A stretch of 25,487 nt of DNA from Paraspadella gotoi (GCA_051294375.1 JBJCIZ010000072.1:1-25487), one strand, 5' to 3'; numbered from the stretch's first letter, positions 1 through 10,795 are shown. Notes: generated from the sequence alone by a model not told the origin. Translations and numbers: made by a program.

Positions 1-404
1 TTGCCTTTGCCTTTGCCGTATGACTGAGCAATATCTCTCTATCTCTCTCTCTCTGACATCTGGCTGTATGACTCAGTGTCAGGATCGGGATCGACAAAAA
101 CGACGATGAAAATTTGAACGATGGCTGAAGCAAATGCGACGATGAGAGCGACGACAAAAGGAGTGACGCATAAAGCGACAATTGAAGTAGCAAAAGAGAC
201 GAGTTTTGTGCGTCTGTTTGAGTCCGCTGTTTCAGGAGCCGCAGCAAGGGGGCTTCGATGAAAAAAAGTGCCCACTATAATCAATTAATTGTAAATCGCT
301 TTAGCGATTTACTTTACCCTAGAATTTTGGTCATTTTTTTTCTGTCATTTTTTCCCATCATCTTTCTTCTCTTACTAAGAGCTTTTTATTCATTTTTTAT
401 TCTT

Positions 405-1010
405 AGCAAGTTGAAAAAAGTATGCAAGTTAAAAAAAGTATGCAAGTTGAAAAAGTATGCAAGTTGAAAAAAGTATACAAGTTAAAAAAAGTATGCAAGT
501 TGAAAAAAGTATGTAGTTTGAAAAAAGTATGCAAGTTGAAAAAAGTATGCAAATTGAAAAAAGTATGCAAGTTGAAAAAAGTATACAAGTTGAAAAAAGT
601 ATGCAAGTTGAAAAAAGTATGCAAGTTGAAAAAAGTATGCAAGTTGAAAAAAGTATGCAAGTTGAAAAAAGTATGCAAGTTGAAAAAATGATGCAAGTTA
701 AAAAAATAATGCATGTTAAAAAAATGATGCAAGTTGAAAAAATGATGCAAGTTGAAAAAATGATGCAAGTTGAAAAAATAATGCAAGTTGTAAAAATGAT
801 GCAAGTTGAAAAAATGATGCAGGTTGAAAAAATGATGCAGGTTGAAAAAATGATGCAAGTTAAAAAAATGATGTAAGTTGAAAAAATGATGTAAGTTAAA
901 AAAAGATACAATTTAAAAAAATGAAAAAGGTGAAAAAATAAAAAAGTAAAAAAAAAGTATGCAAGTTGAAAAAAGTGATACAAGTAAAAAGAATGATGCC
1001 AGTTAAAAAA
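405..1010. repeat. 18-bp minisatellite array (TGCAAGTTGAAAAAAGTA, switching to TGCAAGTTGAAAAAATGA after ~675), roughly 33 units, decaying at the right end
   Basis: Directly visible periodicity; produces the spurious 6-aa-periodic ORFs (MQVEKS / LKKVCK / FFNLH). Confidence 0.95.
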
Positions 1011-1191
1011 CATATTAATAGTGCTACAGTCACAGTTTAGTTTAATCCCTTAAACGCGATTTACATGTATTGGTGCAGCCACTGGTTAATTATTTGATCA
1101 GATCTTGCATTTTTGGCCTTTTCGTCAAGAAAAAAATAATGACGATACTTATGGCGACGACGACAATGATAACACCGATGCTGATTTATAA

Positions 1192-1230
1192 ATTGATTGA
1201 TTGATTGATTAATTGATTGATTTATTGATT
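1192..1230. repeat. (TTGA)n microsatellite
   Basis: ttgattgattgattgattaattgattgatttattgatt. Confidence 0.85.
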
Positions 1231-2273
1231 TAGGCAGATACGTGCTTTTTCCTGTGTGTCCTGAAGGAAGATTCCGAGTTTTGACCTCCGTCTCCGCCTC
1301 TCAAAAAAGGGTTCCATCAATGAGGACACCAAACATCAGATTTCTTTTAATTTGAATGAAATGAAAAGAAATGAAACAGAAGCAAAAACTTTTTATTTTT
1401 TTTCTCAGATAAGCTTTACATAGAAAGCTCAAAGTTTTAATATCCTCATCATGAGGCTCATGGAATCACAGTCAAGTTGGGTCTACTACCATGGATCTAA
1501 AAATGATATCCCAGTTAAATTATAATTTGGCAAACAAGATTAATATTTCATTTCATCTAAATCTAAATTTTTTTAGTGAAATGAAACAATAATTTTAACA
1601 GCTAATATACAATTTAAAATTTTTTTATCAGATTATTAATTCTTCTGAAAAGACGAAACAAAAATTTCAAGATTACATTTGCTCATTAAATTTGAGCTCA
1701 TCTCAGCAGACGATTCCTCCTTGCTCCCTGATGCTCCTCCTATGAAGCGGATTTAGATTTTATTAGTATTTTTATCGAAGTATTATAAGTGCATATTATA
1801 ACTGATGAGCGGGGTTTTCCATCAGTTGCTCACCCTTCTGAGAGTATCTATAACGCAGGATTTAGTGAGTCTTTAGAGATCAAGAACTGGAGGTAAGCAA
1901 AAGGCAAGCATCGGTTTAACGATAGAAACAACGATGATCTCTCAGGTAAGCTCGGCCTAGCCACTAATCAAATGAACAGTATGAACCAATAACCATTTAA
2001 ATTAACAATCATATAAATAAACCGTACAAACAAACCGTACAAACCAACTGTATAAACCCCAATGATGGCCAACCAACATTAATGCGATCTGTATGAAATA
2101 GAATCATGACTAATCAAAGCAATGAAACAACAATGAACTGCACTGCTTGTAGACAAACATCGATTGTTTATACTTTTAAACAGCTTTACAAAAGGCGAAT
2201 AAGAACGACGGATCATGACGAGAAGTTTATGTCCAACAGATACTTTCCCCTTTTTTAAAACTGAGCGTCCCGC

Positions 2274-3080
2274 TCAGCGTCGCTTTTGAGATGGGAAACG
2301 ATCAGGGGAATCGTCACGTCTTCTTTTCCTTTCAATGGCACGAAACGAATCAAAAATACTTGTCTTTTCGCAGAATAACTGGACAAGAGACACAAATATC
2401 GCACGATGGCGAAGTGCCTGGAGCGAAGGGACCACTTCTCCGTTGAAATGAAGACCACGGCGGCAGAGTTTTCCTTCTGTGACAAATTCGGCCAATGAAT
2501 CGACCGTCGGAGCAAGGCCGCAAGATTTGCAAGTTTCCGCGGCGTCGAGAACGTGATAGGGGGACCAGTGAAGTTGTCGGTCGAAAAATTCTTGGATCCG
2601 TCTACTCTGGAACGTGAAGACGGATCTATCGCCTAATTTTGTGAATACGTTTGCAAAATCGTGCCATAATCGACGAGCAAAGACCGGAGAGTAATGGTAT
2701 ACTCGCCGATTTACGCGAAAAGTGAGGAAATTAGTTTCTTTGGCGCCGATATTTTCCAAAGGAACGTGAGAAAGAGCCGTGAAATAACGGACTTTTTTCA
2801 ATTCGCGCTGGAAATCAAAAATGTCACTCCTTTCGCTAATGATTGTGCCCTCTCCGCGGTCTGGAACAAGACTGTGGAGACGGGCATTAAAGGGGCGATA
2901 ACACTTTGGTTCGAAATGGCGTTCATCGTCGAGTTTTCCGCTTCTTCCGCCTCGAGCTTTGATCAGGAAAGATGCGAGGGAGGGATGACTCTCCGCGATA
3001 AAAGTCGCACATTTTTCGAAGACAAAGTCGTCACCATCGCTAAATTGGATGCAGAAAGTATATACATCTTGTTGCTTCAT
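2274..3080 (-). CDS. Hypothetical protein (268 aa); C-terminal half may be a degenerate 3'-5' exonuclease-like fold
   Basis: Long clean ORF. VLDAAETCKSCGLAPTVDSLAEFVTEGKLCRRG..PSLQALRHRAIFV loosely parallels the C-terminal helices of WRN/RNase D-type domains but lacks the YAAxD motif; function is inference. Confidence 0.55.
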   Translation of the reverse strand: MKQQDVYTFCIQFSDGDDFVFEKCATFIAESHPSLASFLIKARGGRSGKLDDERHFEPKCYRPFNARLHSLVPDRGEGTIISERSDIFDFQRELKKVRYFTALSHVPLENIGAKETNFLTFRVNRRVYHYSPVFARRLWHDFANVFTKLGDRSVFTFQSRRIQEFFDRQLHWSPYHVLDAAETCKSCGLAPTVDSLAEFVTEGKLCRRGLHFNGEVVPSLQALRHRAIFVSLVQLFCEKTSIFDSFRAIERKRRRDDSPDRFPSQKRR

Positions 3081-3654
3081 CTCGCCGCAGATATAAACAC
3101 GTAAGATTCGCTCGATTTTTCATTGTGCAATGTGCATTGAGAGCGACAAAACGGCGAGAGAGAGGTAAATTTTTCTCTTCTGAACAAATTTCAATGAAGC
3201 GCAAAACTGCGTTACGTTTGAAGAGATCACCAAAGTTTTCGTCTGGAACACGTAAATGGGGAATTTCTTGGATTTTTAGCCAAAGGATGTCGTGGTTTTC
3301 CCAATTCGCTAAAACGAAGCGAACAACCAGAGCGATATCTGGCGAAGCGAAATTAGGGATAACGAGGCGAAGTGATTTCGCATCCCAGGGTTGACGTAAG
3401 AAAAAATCCAAGAGAGTAAATACGGGGACACAATAAAACTTGAGTTGACACAGCGCATGAAGACGGCCGCGTCCGAAACCGCCGTCGCAAAGAAAATGAC
3501 GAACGAAATCGTCGCGATCGTTGGCGTTGAGATTCGAGATAAAGTCTCTTGCCTTAACGTGAGTACGCTTACATTTTTCTCTGTTTTGACTTTGTCTAAA
3601 TTTTGCGCAAATGTTATCGAAGCTGGAGCTGCTCCGAGGAAACTTTACGTAAAT
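3040..3654 (-). pseudogene. Reading frame interrupted by the transposon at 3655-5088 (..IYV|KFPRSSSSFDNICAKFRQ...LDFFLRQPWDAK...)
   Basis: Removing 3655-5088 plus one TSD joins the 5024-5284 frame (LPLIYV) to an open frame running into ORF 3040..3411. Confidence 0.55.
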
Positions 3655-5088
3655 TAGGAGTCTAAGTCGTTCTTAGAAATTGAGGAAGACTTTTTCAATG
3701 GAGATTTTCGTTAAATCTGACTACCAAATAATGTCAAACGCCCCCTGGGAAAAATTCGGGTAAAAAATAGATGTAAAAACACTCGATTCCAATCCTGTTT
3801 GCATCTGAAGGGCTCGCAATTTTTTTTCTCCTGACAAATAACCATCATTTTGACATCCGAACCATTCGATTCAAATGACTGGTCCGCTCGCGGAAAATAT
3901 TTTTGACGCAATTTTTATATATAAAATAAAGGGATTTCTCAAACTTCAATACAATGTCAACGCATTTAAGGTATGTTGTCATTTTACAATAAACTTCGAA
4001 TTCAGGAATCCGATAGCAATATGTCTGAAGGGCTCTCAAAATTTTTTCTTTACATTTCATTTGGTTATTTTAATATGATACTAGGAGTCTAGTCGTTCTT
4101 AGAAATGAGGAAGACTTTTTCAATGAGATTTTCGTTAAAATCTGACTACCAAATAATGTCAACGCCCCTGGAAAAATTCGGTAAAAAATAGATGTAAAAC
4201 ATCGATTCCATCCTGTTAGTCTGAAGGGCTCGCATTTTTTTCTCTTGACAAATAACCATCATTTTGACATCGAACCATTCGATTCAAATGACTGGTCCGC
4301 TCGGGAAAATTTTTTGACGCAATTTTTATATATAAATAAAGGGATTTCTCAACTTCAATACAATGTCAACGCATTTAAGGTATGTTGTCATTTTACAATA
4401 AACTTCGAATTCAGGAATCCGATAGCAATATGTCTGAAGGGCTCTCAAATTTTTCTTTACATTTCATTTGGTTATTTTAATATGATACGATCATGTTAAA
4501 GTGAATTAGTCCATTTTGGTGAAATTTTTATTTAAAGTAAAAGTAAAAGAGGAGCTAACGATCGAATTCTAAGAGTTTTCAACCGGAGTCAGATTCGGAA
4601 AAATCTTATATGGGGAAAATCTTCCAAGAAGGGTGGATTTTCCGAAGATTTGGTTAATATTTTCTATATTTATGGTCGGATTTTTTGAAACTTAAAAATA
4701 GCAATATTGCCATCATTCTACATTGGCCGTCAAAGAATATATTAAAAAAACCTCTGACTTTTTTCGTCAAAGCTTAGTCCTAATGATACGATCATGTTAA
4801 AGTGAATTAGTCCATTTTGCTGAAATTTTTATTTAAAGTAAAGTAAAAGAGGAGCTAACGATCGGAATTCTAAGAGTTTTCAACCGGGAGTCAGATCGGA
4901 AAAAATCTTCTATGGCGAAAATCTTCCAAAGAAGGGGTGGATTTTCCAAAGATTTTGGTTAATATTTTCTATATTTATGGTCGGATTTTTTTGAAACTTA
5001 AAAATAGCAATATTGCCATCATTCTACATTGGCCGGTCAAAGAATATATTAAAAAAAACTCTGACTTTTTCGTCAGAGCTTAGTCCTA
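3655..5088. mobile_element. Non-autonomous DNA transposon (~726 bp without the nested copy), termini TAGG...CCTA, 7-bp TSD CGTAAAT
   Basis: CGTAAAT at 3648-3654 and 5089-5095; short imperfect TIR TAGGA(GT)CTAAG vs TAGGACTAAG; AT-rich, non-coding; interrupts a reading frame. Confidence 0.88.
4082..4782. mobile_element. Full-length second copy (701 bp) of the same transposon nested within the first, 7-bp TSD ATGATAC
   Basis: Starts TAGGAGTCTAG, ends CTTAGTCCTA; ATGATAC at 4075-4081 and 4783-4789; colinear with 3655-4081 + 4790-5088. Confidence 0.85.
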
Positions 5089-6005
5089 CGTAAATGAGAG
5101 GAAGGGATAGGAATCGACATGAGGGAAGGAGGGGGAGGGGTAGTGGGGAGGGCTGAAGGGGTGAGAAATGGAAACAATGGATATGAGGTTGAATTAATAG
5201 AAGTAATATAAGAAGCATTAACATTATAATTAAAATTATTAATATTATTAACAGCGTTATTATTAATTGAAGTTTCATTTTCATCTATATATGTTATAGT
5301 TGATTGATAATTTAAATCAAATACAAAATTATCAGTATCATCATCATCATCATCACTAATAGGATAATCACATAATTTACGATTTTTCGCACCTGGAGCG
5401 TCTAAGATAGGTTGTATTGGCGTTGAATCTGGGACTTCGCCGCACGGAAAAATGTCGTCATCGGCGTCGTCTTCCATGATGGACGCCACATACTCAATTT
5501 CAAATTTTTGACCGTCACGCTCTTCCTTTAGTTTGGCGAGCGTAATTTCTCGTCGCTTACGGTTTTGACGTTCTTCATATTGTGCCTGTTGAATGCGCTC
5601 GGAGACGGCGTCGCGACTTTTCTTCAGTCGCCGACATTCACTTTTTTCTTGATCGCCGAGCTTCTTGAACAATGGCGGATTGGTCATAGCGCGGACGATG
5701 GATTTTAACGAAGGACAGTAGTAAGTATTCGAATCAGAACCGGCTTGTAAGAAGTGGGCCAAGCGCAACCCAATACGTTCGGAAAGCATGGACGCTGTCT
5801 GCAGACTAACGAGTGCGTCAAGCGCCGCGTAGCATATCTGTGGGGGCTTGACCAGGGATTTGCGCTCGTCAAAATCCGCAAGATGGTCCCGATGGAAAGA
5901 TCTTTTGTCGAGAATGTAATTCGGTTTGACGAAATGATGGAGATATTTGAGGGAAGGGGCTCCCAAGACGCCGAAAAAGGGCATCGAGGAAACCCAATCC
6001 AACAA
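5073..6005 (-). pseudogene. 5'-truncated protein with the C-terminal part of a DEDDy (RNase D/WRN/MUT-7-like) 3'-5' exonuclease, then a coiled coil and an acidic low-complexity tail
   Basis: SLKYL..V....LDK......DF....L...QICYAALDA matches the Exo III region of DEDDy nucleases; Exo I/II not present (frame closed at ~6090); 3' end hit by transposon. Confidence 0.65.
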
Positions 6006-6031
6006 GGGGGAGGGGCCTCTAGAGTGGTTGA

Positions 6032-6205
6032 CTAAAGACGCGAAAAAGAGGGGGCCGGAAATTAAGATCGGGTCGTAAGTCGGGAGAGTCTACGGAGTAC
6101 CTGGTGAAATCGAGCGATTCAGATCGTGGCACTTGGATGAGCAAAGAGAATGTCGACGACCTTCTTGGGTGGGGAGGACGATTTTTACATCATGATCTCT
6201 TCTGA
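6032..6205 (+). pseudogene. C-terminal chromodomain-like remnant of the Polinton retroviral-like integrase
   Basis: Unlisted frame reads LKTRKRGG..STEYLVKSSDSDRGTWMSKENVDDL (EYLVK..TW..N chromo pattern), overlapping the penton start where the integrase often sits; no DDE core upstream. Confidence 0.6.
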
Positions 6206-7183
6206 CGTCGACGAGGGAAAATTTTTTGCGGATAACAAAAGCAGGGATTTTATGAATAAATTTCCAGACCCCGTCCAATTAACAGGCGGAAACTGGGAAT
6301 GCGCTCTTTTAGAATTTTCATACGTTAATTCTATATTGAATCCTCACAACCCGGATGAAAATTATCTAACCCTTTTTGATTTTCTCTACAAAGTATCGGA
6401 CAACCCAGTCGTTCCAATAGCCACGTGGGGTCGATTTTACGACGTAAAAATACAGGAAGGGAATTTTAAGATGGGGGAGCATCTTTGCGAGACTCTCAAT
6501 GAGTTGATCGCCTCTCAAATCCCTCGTCTTAAAAAGGTTTTTTCTTACAATAACAACGACAGAAAAATTCACTACAAGTTGAAGGATGAATTTCTTACCA
6601 TATCTATCAATGGTCCCATATTGTTTACCATGGGCAATGACAATTCTCCAACGGTCGACAACGAACTGATACTCGGAAAGAGTAAAATAGGGGGAAGTTA
6701 CGAATATCAGTACGTAGACACCAAAGGTCAAACGGTCAAAGAGACGAGGATATTTAGCGACACTACAAATTACGACATGAAAAGCGCGGACGAAAATGCC
6801 GATGGCAAATTGACAATGACGCTTCAATTACAATTTTGCAACGCCCTTTTACTATACACAAATTTTTAAAAATTTTGGCGTACCTCATTGACATTTAGTT
6901 CGTTGCTCAAAGTGATCCCGTTCGAAAGAAGAAAGACCGATGAAGATCCTTATCGCGTTCTCGTCCACGTCAAGTTTCCCATTTACTTGGAGGTCGAAAG
7001 ACTACATTTGGATATCATACACATGGTTATCAAAGACTTTTATGGACACACCATAATATTTGAGGTAAAGAAAAATAATTTTCCCCATTATCTATAAAAA
7101 CCCGTCACTTTTCTCTATTTACTTTTTAGGAAGGACTGACCTGGGCTCTCTTACACTTTCGCCGTAAACTTCAAAGAATTTAA
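6150..7183 (+). CDS. Polinton minor capsid protein (penton); in-frame stop at 6867-6869; intron 7065-7129
   Basis: N-term FYIMISSD..FF.DN..DF.NKFPDPVQLTGGNWECALLEFSY; LLLYTN..LLKVIP; spliced C-term DFYGHTIIFE|EGLTWALLHFRR typical of Polinton pentons. Confidence 0.9.
7065..7129 (+). other. Spliceosomal intron in penton (65 nt, phase 0)
   Basis: GAG|gtaaag...actttttag|GAA; restores F-E-E-G-L-T...LHFRR. Confidence 0.85.
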
Positions 7184-7193
7184 ACAAAAAAAA

Positions 7194-7705
7194 ATGGATA
7201 TAAAAACAATCAAGCTTCCCTTCAGAAGACGGCTCCCCGGGAGAAAATTTTGCCCCCCACGTTATTTAGCCCCCTTCCAACCATATCAAGCTACGGGAAA
7301 AGGAATTGGATCGGTCTTCTCGCGTCTCGCCAGAGTTGTGGTTCCATTCTTTAAAAGAGGCGTCTCTCTCGTTAAACCAGTCATCAAAGCGGCGGCGCCA
7401 GCGGTGAAAAAAACATTAAAGCGTACCGGGGATGCTTTAGCGCAAGAGGCAATTTCTTCGGGCGTTTCAGCATTGACCGACATCTCCACCGGACAGTCGC
7501 CTAAAAAATCGTCAAACGAGCCGGTCAAATAACTAAGGATCAATTGACGCAAGGCGCCATCGAAGTGGTCGGAGACGTTCTCGCTTCGAGGACCGCGGCT
7601 AAGACTAAGAAGAAAAAAAATATAAAAGGGAAACCACAAAGAGGAAAGGGCAAAAGAGGAAGAAAAAAGAAAAGAATCAATCCTCGATTAAAAATATTTT
7701 ATTAA
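7194..7705 (+). CDS. Basic virion core protein (pVII-like), frameshift in the A-run at ~7503-7509
   Basis: QATGKGIGSVFSRLARVVVPFFKRG is the GxG + amphipathic helix motif of Polinton core proteins; shifted frame continues KIVKRAG...KPQRGKGKRGRKKK..KIFY* (7705). Confidence 0.8.
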
Positions 7706-7713
7706 AGAAAAAA

Positions 7714-9151
7714 ATGACGGATAATCTCGTTCGCGCGACCGGAGTCAACAAGGGTGAGGCGTGCGTAGAGAGCGCCCTCGACGTTTTTGAAAGGGTTAAC
7801 GAGGCCGTAGGCATCGAAAGGGTCCGATACGACGTCATTTCTCCAACGAACGCCTTGGACACCGCGAATAACAATGTCATCGCGTTCGACTTACCCCCGT
7901 GTTCAGAATTTTTGGATATGAACTCTACCTTTTACGTCGTCGATCTGACCATAACGAAGAAGGACGGCTCCCAGATAGACGCCATTACCGACAAGAATTC
8001 TTCGTGCAGCGTCATCAATTCCATCGCCTCGACCATGTTCGAATCCGTGACGTTCAAAATCAACTCGGTTAACTTGAGCGATTCCTACTCGACATACGGC
8101 TTCGCTTCTTAGTTTACAAACTTGCTTAATTATTCGCTCGATGCCCAGCCTAAAATGAAAGTCATGGGATGGGTTTGGATGACAACTTCGACGCGGATCA
8201 AGCTCAGACGGCTGCGGCGGCCTTGGCGTTTAAAACCAGAGCCACGATGTTTGGTCGCGGGTCTCTGGTTAGATTGGTGTCTTTCATAAATCACGGGATG
8301 TTTAATCAAAACAAACTGTTAATTCCCCAGGTAATTATTAAATAAATAATTAGTTAAGTATTATATTTTGAAACTAAAATTTTCTCTCTCTCTCTCTCTC
8401 TCCCCGTGTCAGGTAACATCGTCCTTAACTTTTGTGAAGAACGGCGACCCTTTTTGTCTCCTCAGCGGCGCCACGGATCCGGACTTCAAGTTGAATTTGA
8501 AACGAATGCAACTTCATCTGCGAAAGGTCGAGGTTTTACCCTCCATCAAGCTGGACATAGAGAGAAGACTGATGAAACAAAATTGCGTTTACAACGTACA
8601 AATACCAAGCTGCCGAGCATTCACCATAGCGAGCGGGACGAAAACTATCACCATAGAAAATGTACTACCTTCGTCAATTTTCCCGGAAACCCTCGCCGTA
8701 GCCTTCACGTCCACTTCCGGATACCTGGGGAATTTTTCTAAAAATCCATTCAGATTCGATAATCACGGTTTAAAAACTTTAAAGTTCATCGCCGAAAACG
8801 AAATATTGTCCAGTAACAACGGAATAGAGGTTGAATTTTCTAAAACGTCGAACGAAAAAGATTACTCTCTCGCCTATTTTCGTCTTTTCAAAAGTGACTT
8901 TCGTTATAATACTGGTTTACCAATCTCTATGGAACAGTTTGCCTATGGGGGATATTTAACGTAATGTCTAACGTGAGATATACTACCCCGTTTCAAGATC
9001 ACGTCTTACCCAGAAAATTTTCAATTGCCCCGGCGGCCGGATGTCGTTCGACACTTCATCCAACAACGACTCTTTGACCATGCTTGTCTTTTCTACCCAT
9101 TCCGGGACCATCTCGTTGGATTCTCGACGTCAAGTTATTAAGGATTATTAA
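7714..9151 (+). CDS. Polinton major capsid protein (double jelly-roll, PY/hexon-like); intron 8331-8412; stop at 8110 and several frameshifts
   Basis: SALDVF, ISPTN, FLDMNST, INSIASTMFESV, HGMFNQNKLLIPQ|VTSSLTFVKNGDPFCLL, LHLRKVEV, YLGNFSKNPFRFDNHGL, ISMEQF..GGY, ISLDSRRQVIKDY*. Confidence 0.93.
8331..8412 (+). other. Spliceosomal intron in major capsid (82 nt, phase 0, (CT)n tract)
   Basis: CAG|gtaatt...gtgtcag|GTA; joins KLLIPQ to VTSSLTF. Confidence 0.85.
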
Positions 9152-9162
9152 AAAACCAAAAA

Positions 9163-9789
9163 ATGGATTCTACGGAAATGAATGAGATCGCAACATCGGA
9201 TCCGTATTCTCGCCAAATCTATGGTGGGATTTACGCCATCGACACCCTTCCAATTCTCAAAGAGGGTTACGCCTATTTCTCAAATTTACAGGTTTTTATT
9301 TTTTTATTTTCTTACCATAAAAAATAAAGTCCCATAATTATATCCCTTTATCCACATTAAAGGAATCTCATTTGCCCGGGGATCACTGGATATTGCTTCA
9401 TTCTGGCCCAGACCGATATTTTGTCATGGATAGTTTCGGTAGAAAGCCTTCCGATATTAACGTCCCCCCTCGATTCTTTTCCGACGAAAAAAAAATATTG
9501 TTTATCTTAACGAAGCTATTCAATCTCCAGAAACCCAAACCTGCTTGCCCATTGCCTCGTATTTTTACTTTTCATGGGGAGAGGAATGACGCCGGAAAAA
9601 ATAATGAAAACGATTTACGACTACCCGCGAGTTAAGAGCGCCTTGCGGCACGACATCGTGGCGACTCTTTTAATCAGATCTCTGGACGCGGAAGACGGAA
9701 GAATTACCCCTTTTTCACCCCTCTTAAAAAGAAAGAAAAAGAAAGAAGGGAGACAGGGGGAAAACTATAAAAGGCATCAACCCTTTTAA
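9163..9789 (+). CDS. Adenain-family (C5-like) cysteine maturation protease; intron 9292-9362; frameshifts ~9490 and ~9546
   Basis: YGGIYAIDTLP..NLQ|ESHLPGDHW (catalytic His), MDSFG, then AIQSPETQTC / AHCLVFL across shifted frames (oxyanion Gln, catalytic Cys). Confidence 0.92.
9292..9362 (+). other. Spliceosomal intron in protease (71 nt, phase 0)
   Basis: CAG|gttttt...attaaag|GAA; restores NLQESHLPGDHW. Confidence 0.8.
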
Positions 9790-9804
9790 AATTAATTATT
9801 AAAA

Positions 9805-10014
9805 ATGGCCAAGAGAAAAAAAAATTCATCTCGGGCTAAAAAAAAGTCTCAATTTGGCGGTAGGAAAGAAAAAAAAGTCAAATGGGAGGACGTAAAAAAA
9901 GGAAAAAAACTCAAACGGGCGGACGTGGAAAAAGTAAACGAATTAAAACAAACATTTCGAATTGACAACATGTCGAGACTCGACTTTCATACTAAAAACA
10001 ATTTGCGATTATGA
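9805..10014 (+). CDS. Small Lys/Arg-rich protein, probable second core protein; may extend past 10014 by frameshift
   Basis: Follows protease; very basic; contains QFGG resembling an adenain cleavage site; A-rich start context. Confidence 0.5.
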   Translation: MAKRKKNSSRAKKKSQFGGRKEKKVKWEDVKKGKKLKRADVEKVNELKQTFRIDNMSRLDFHTKNNLRL

Positions 10015-10795
10015 GGCAAAGAAAAAAAATTCTCACCTCTTTTCTCACCTCTTCTCGAAGAAAGCGACGCGAGATTTTCATTCGAACGCTCCCCCTCGTT
10101 TCATCGTCTTCTTTCTTCCTCTTTTTATTTTCCTCCATTCTCGATCCACCCTCGCCCGGATCGTTCGATTCGAATCCTGGAAGTCGCTCGCCACTTTTCT
10201 TCGACACTGTTGGATTAGGAGGGAGACAAAGAGAAAAAAAGATTAAACTTCAATTTCTCTCTCTCTCTCTCATTATTATTACGATTCTCGCTATTATCGA
10301 CATCGTTTTAATCGTTATCATTTTCATCGACTTACTTGCGAAACTATTTTTGGTCAAAACTTTAAAAAAAAAGATTCTTCAAAAAAATGTCAAATCTGAA
10401 AAAAAAGTCAAAAAAATTAAAAAAAGAAAAAAAAACTTTGAAAAAAGAAATGGGGAGTCGAGATCGGGGGATTGCGAAATTGAGAGAAAGACGCGTCCCT
10501 CATTTCCCCTCTCCTTTTATTTTCTTTCGATATTTGTCTTATCGTTTTTATCTCTCTCTCTCTCTCTCTATTCTCTATTTCTCTATATCCCTCGTTATAT
10601 TAACCATTATTCCCCACATTTTTTTCCCTGTCAAAACTACGATCTCTTTCTCGTTGACTATTTAATCAAAAAAAACTTTGACAATTCTTCATTCTGTTTT
10701 CTACTCCCACGGACAATTTTTTGTTTATTCTCGATCGAGAGAGAGAGAGACGGGTCGACATAAAAAAGGAAAAAAAAAAATTCGTCGTAAAAAAA

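Noticed and set aside
403-1013. ORFs with periodic MQVEK / LKKVCK / FFNLHH peptides, and a possible CRISPR-like array
   Set aside because: Contiguous 18-bp tandem repeat with no unique spacers; frames stay open only because the unit is a multiple of 3
2000-2260. Polinton terminal inverted repeat and 6-bp TSD
   Set aside because: No AG-repeat terminus or inverted partner found in the window; only short AAACCGTACAAAC repeats
3711-4499. Short ORFs inside the transposon as a transposase
   Set aside because: Under 90 aa, no DDE or DNA-binding motif, frames not conserved between the two copies
3655-5088. A-A'-C'-C duplication as a gap-filling assembly artefact
   Set aside because: The inner copy starts and ends exactly at the element termini and has its own 7-bp TSD (ATGATAC), which an overlap artefact would not create; its many 1-nt deletions may still be read errors
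7503-9546. Programmed ribosomal frameshifting at A-runs in core and protease genes
   Set aside because: Indels are scattered throughout the element and differ between copies, which fits decay or sequencing error better
10011-10763. 250-aa apparent membrane protein
   Set aside because: Built from poly-A/poly-T/(CT)n low-complexity sequence; likely UTR or intergenic
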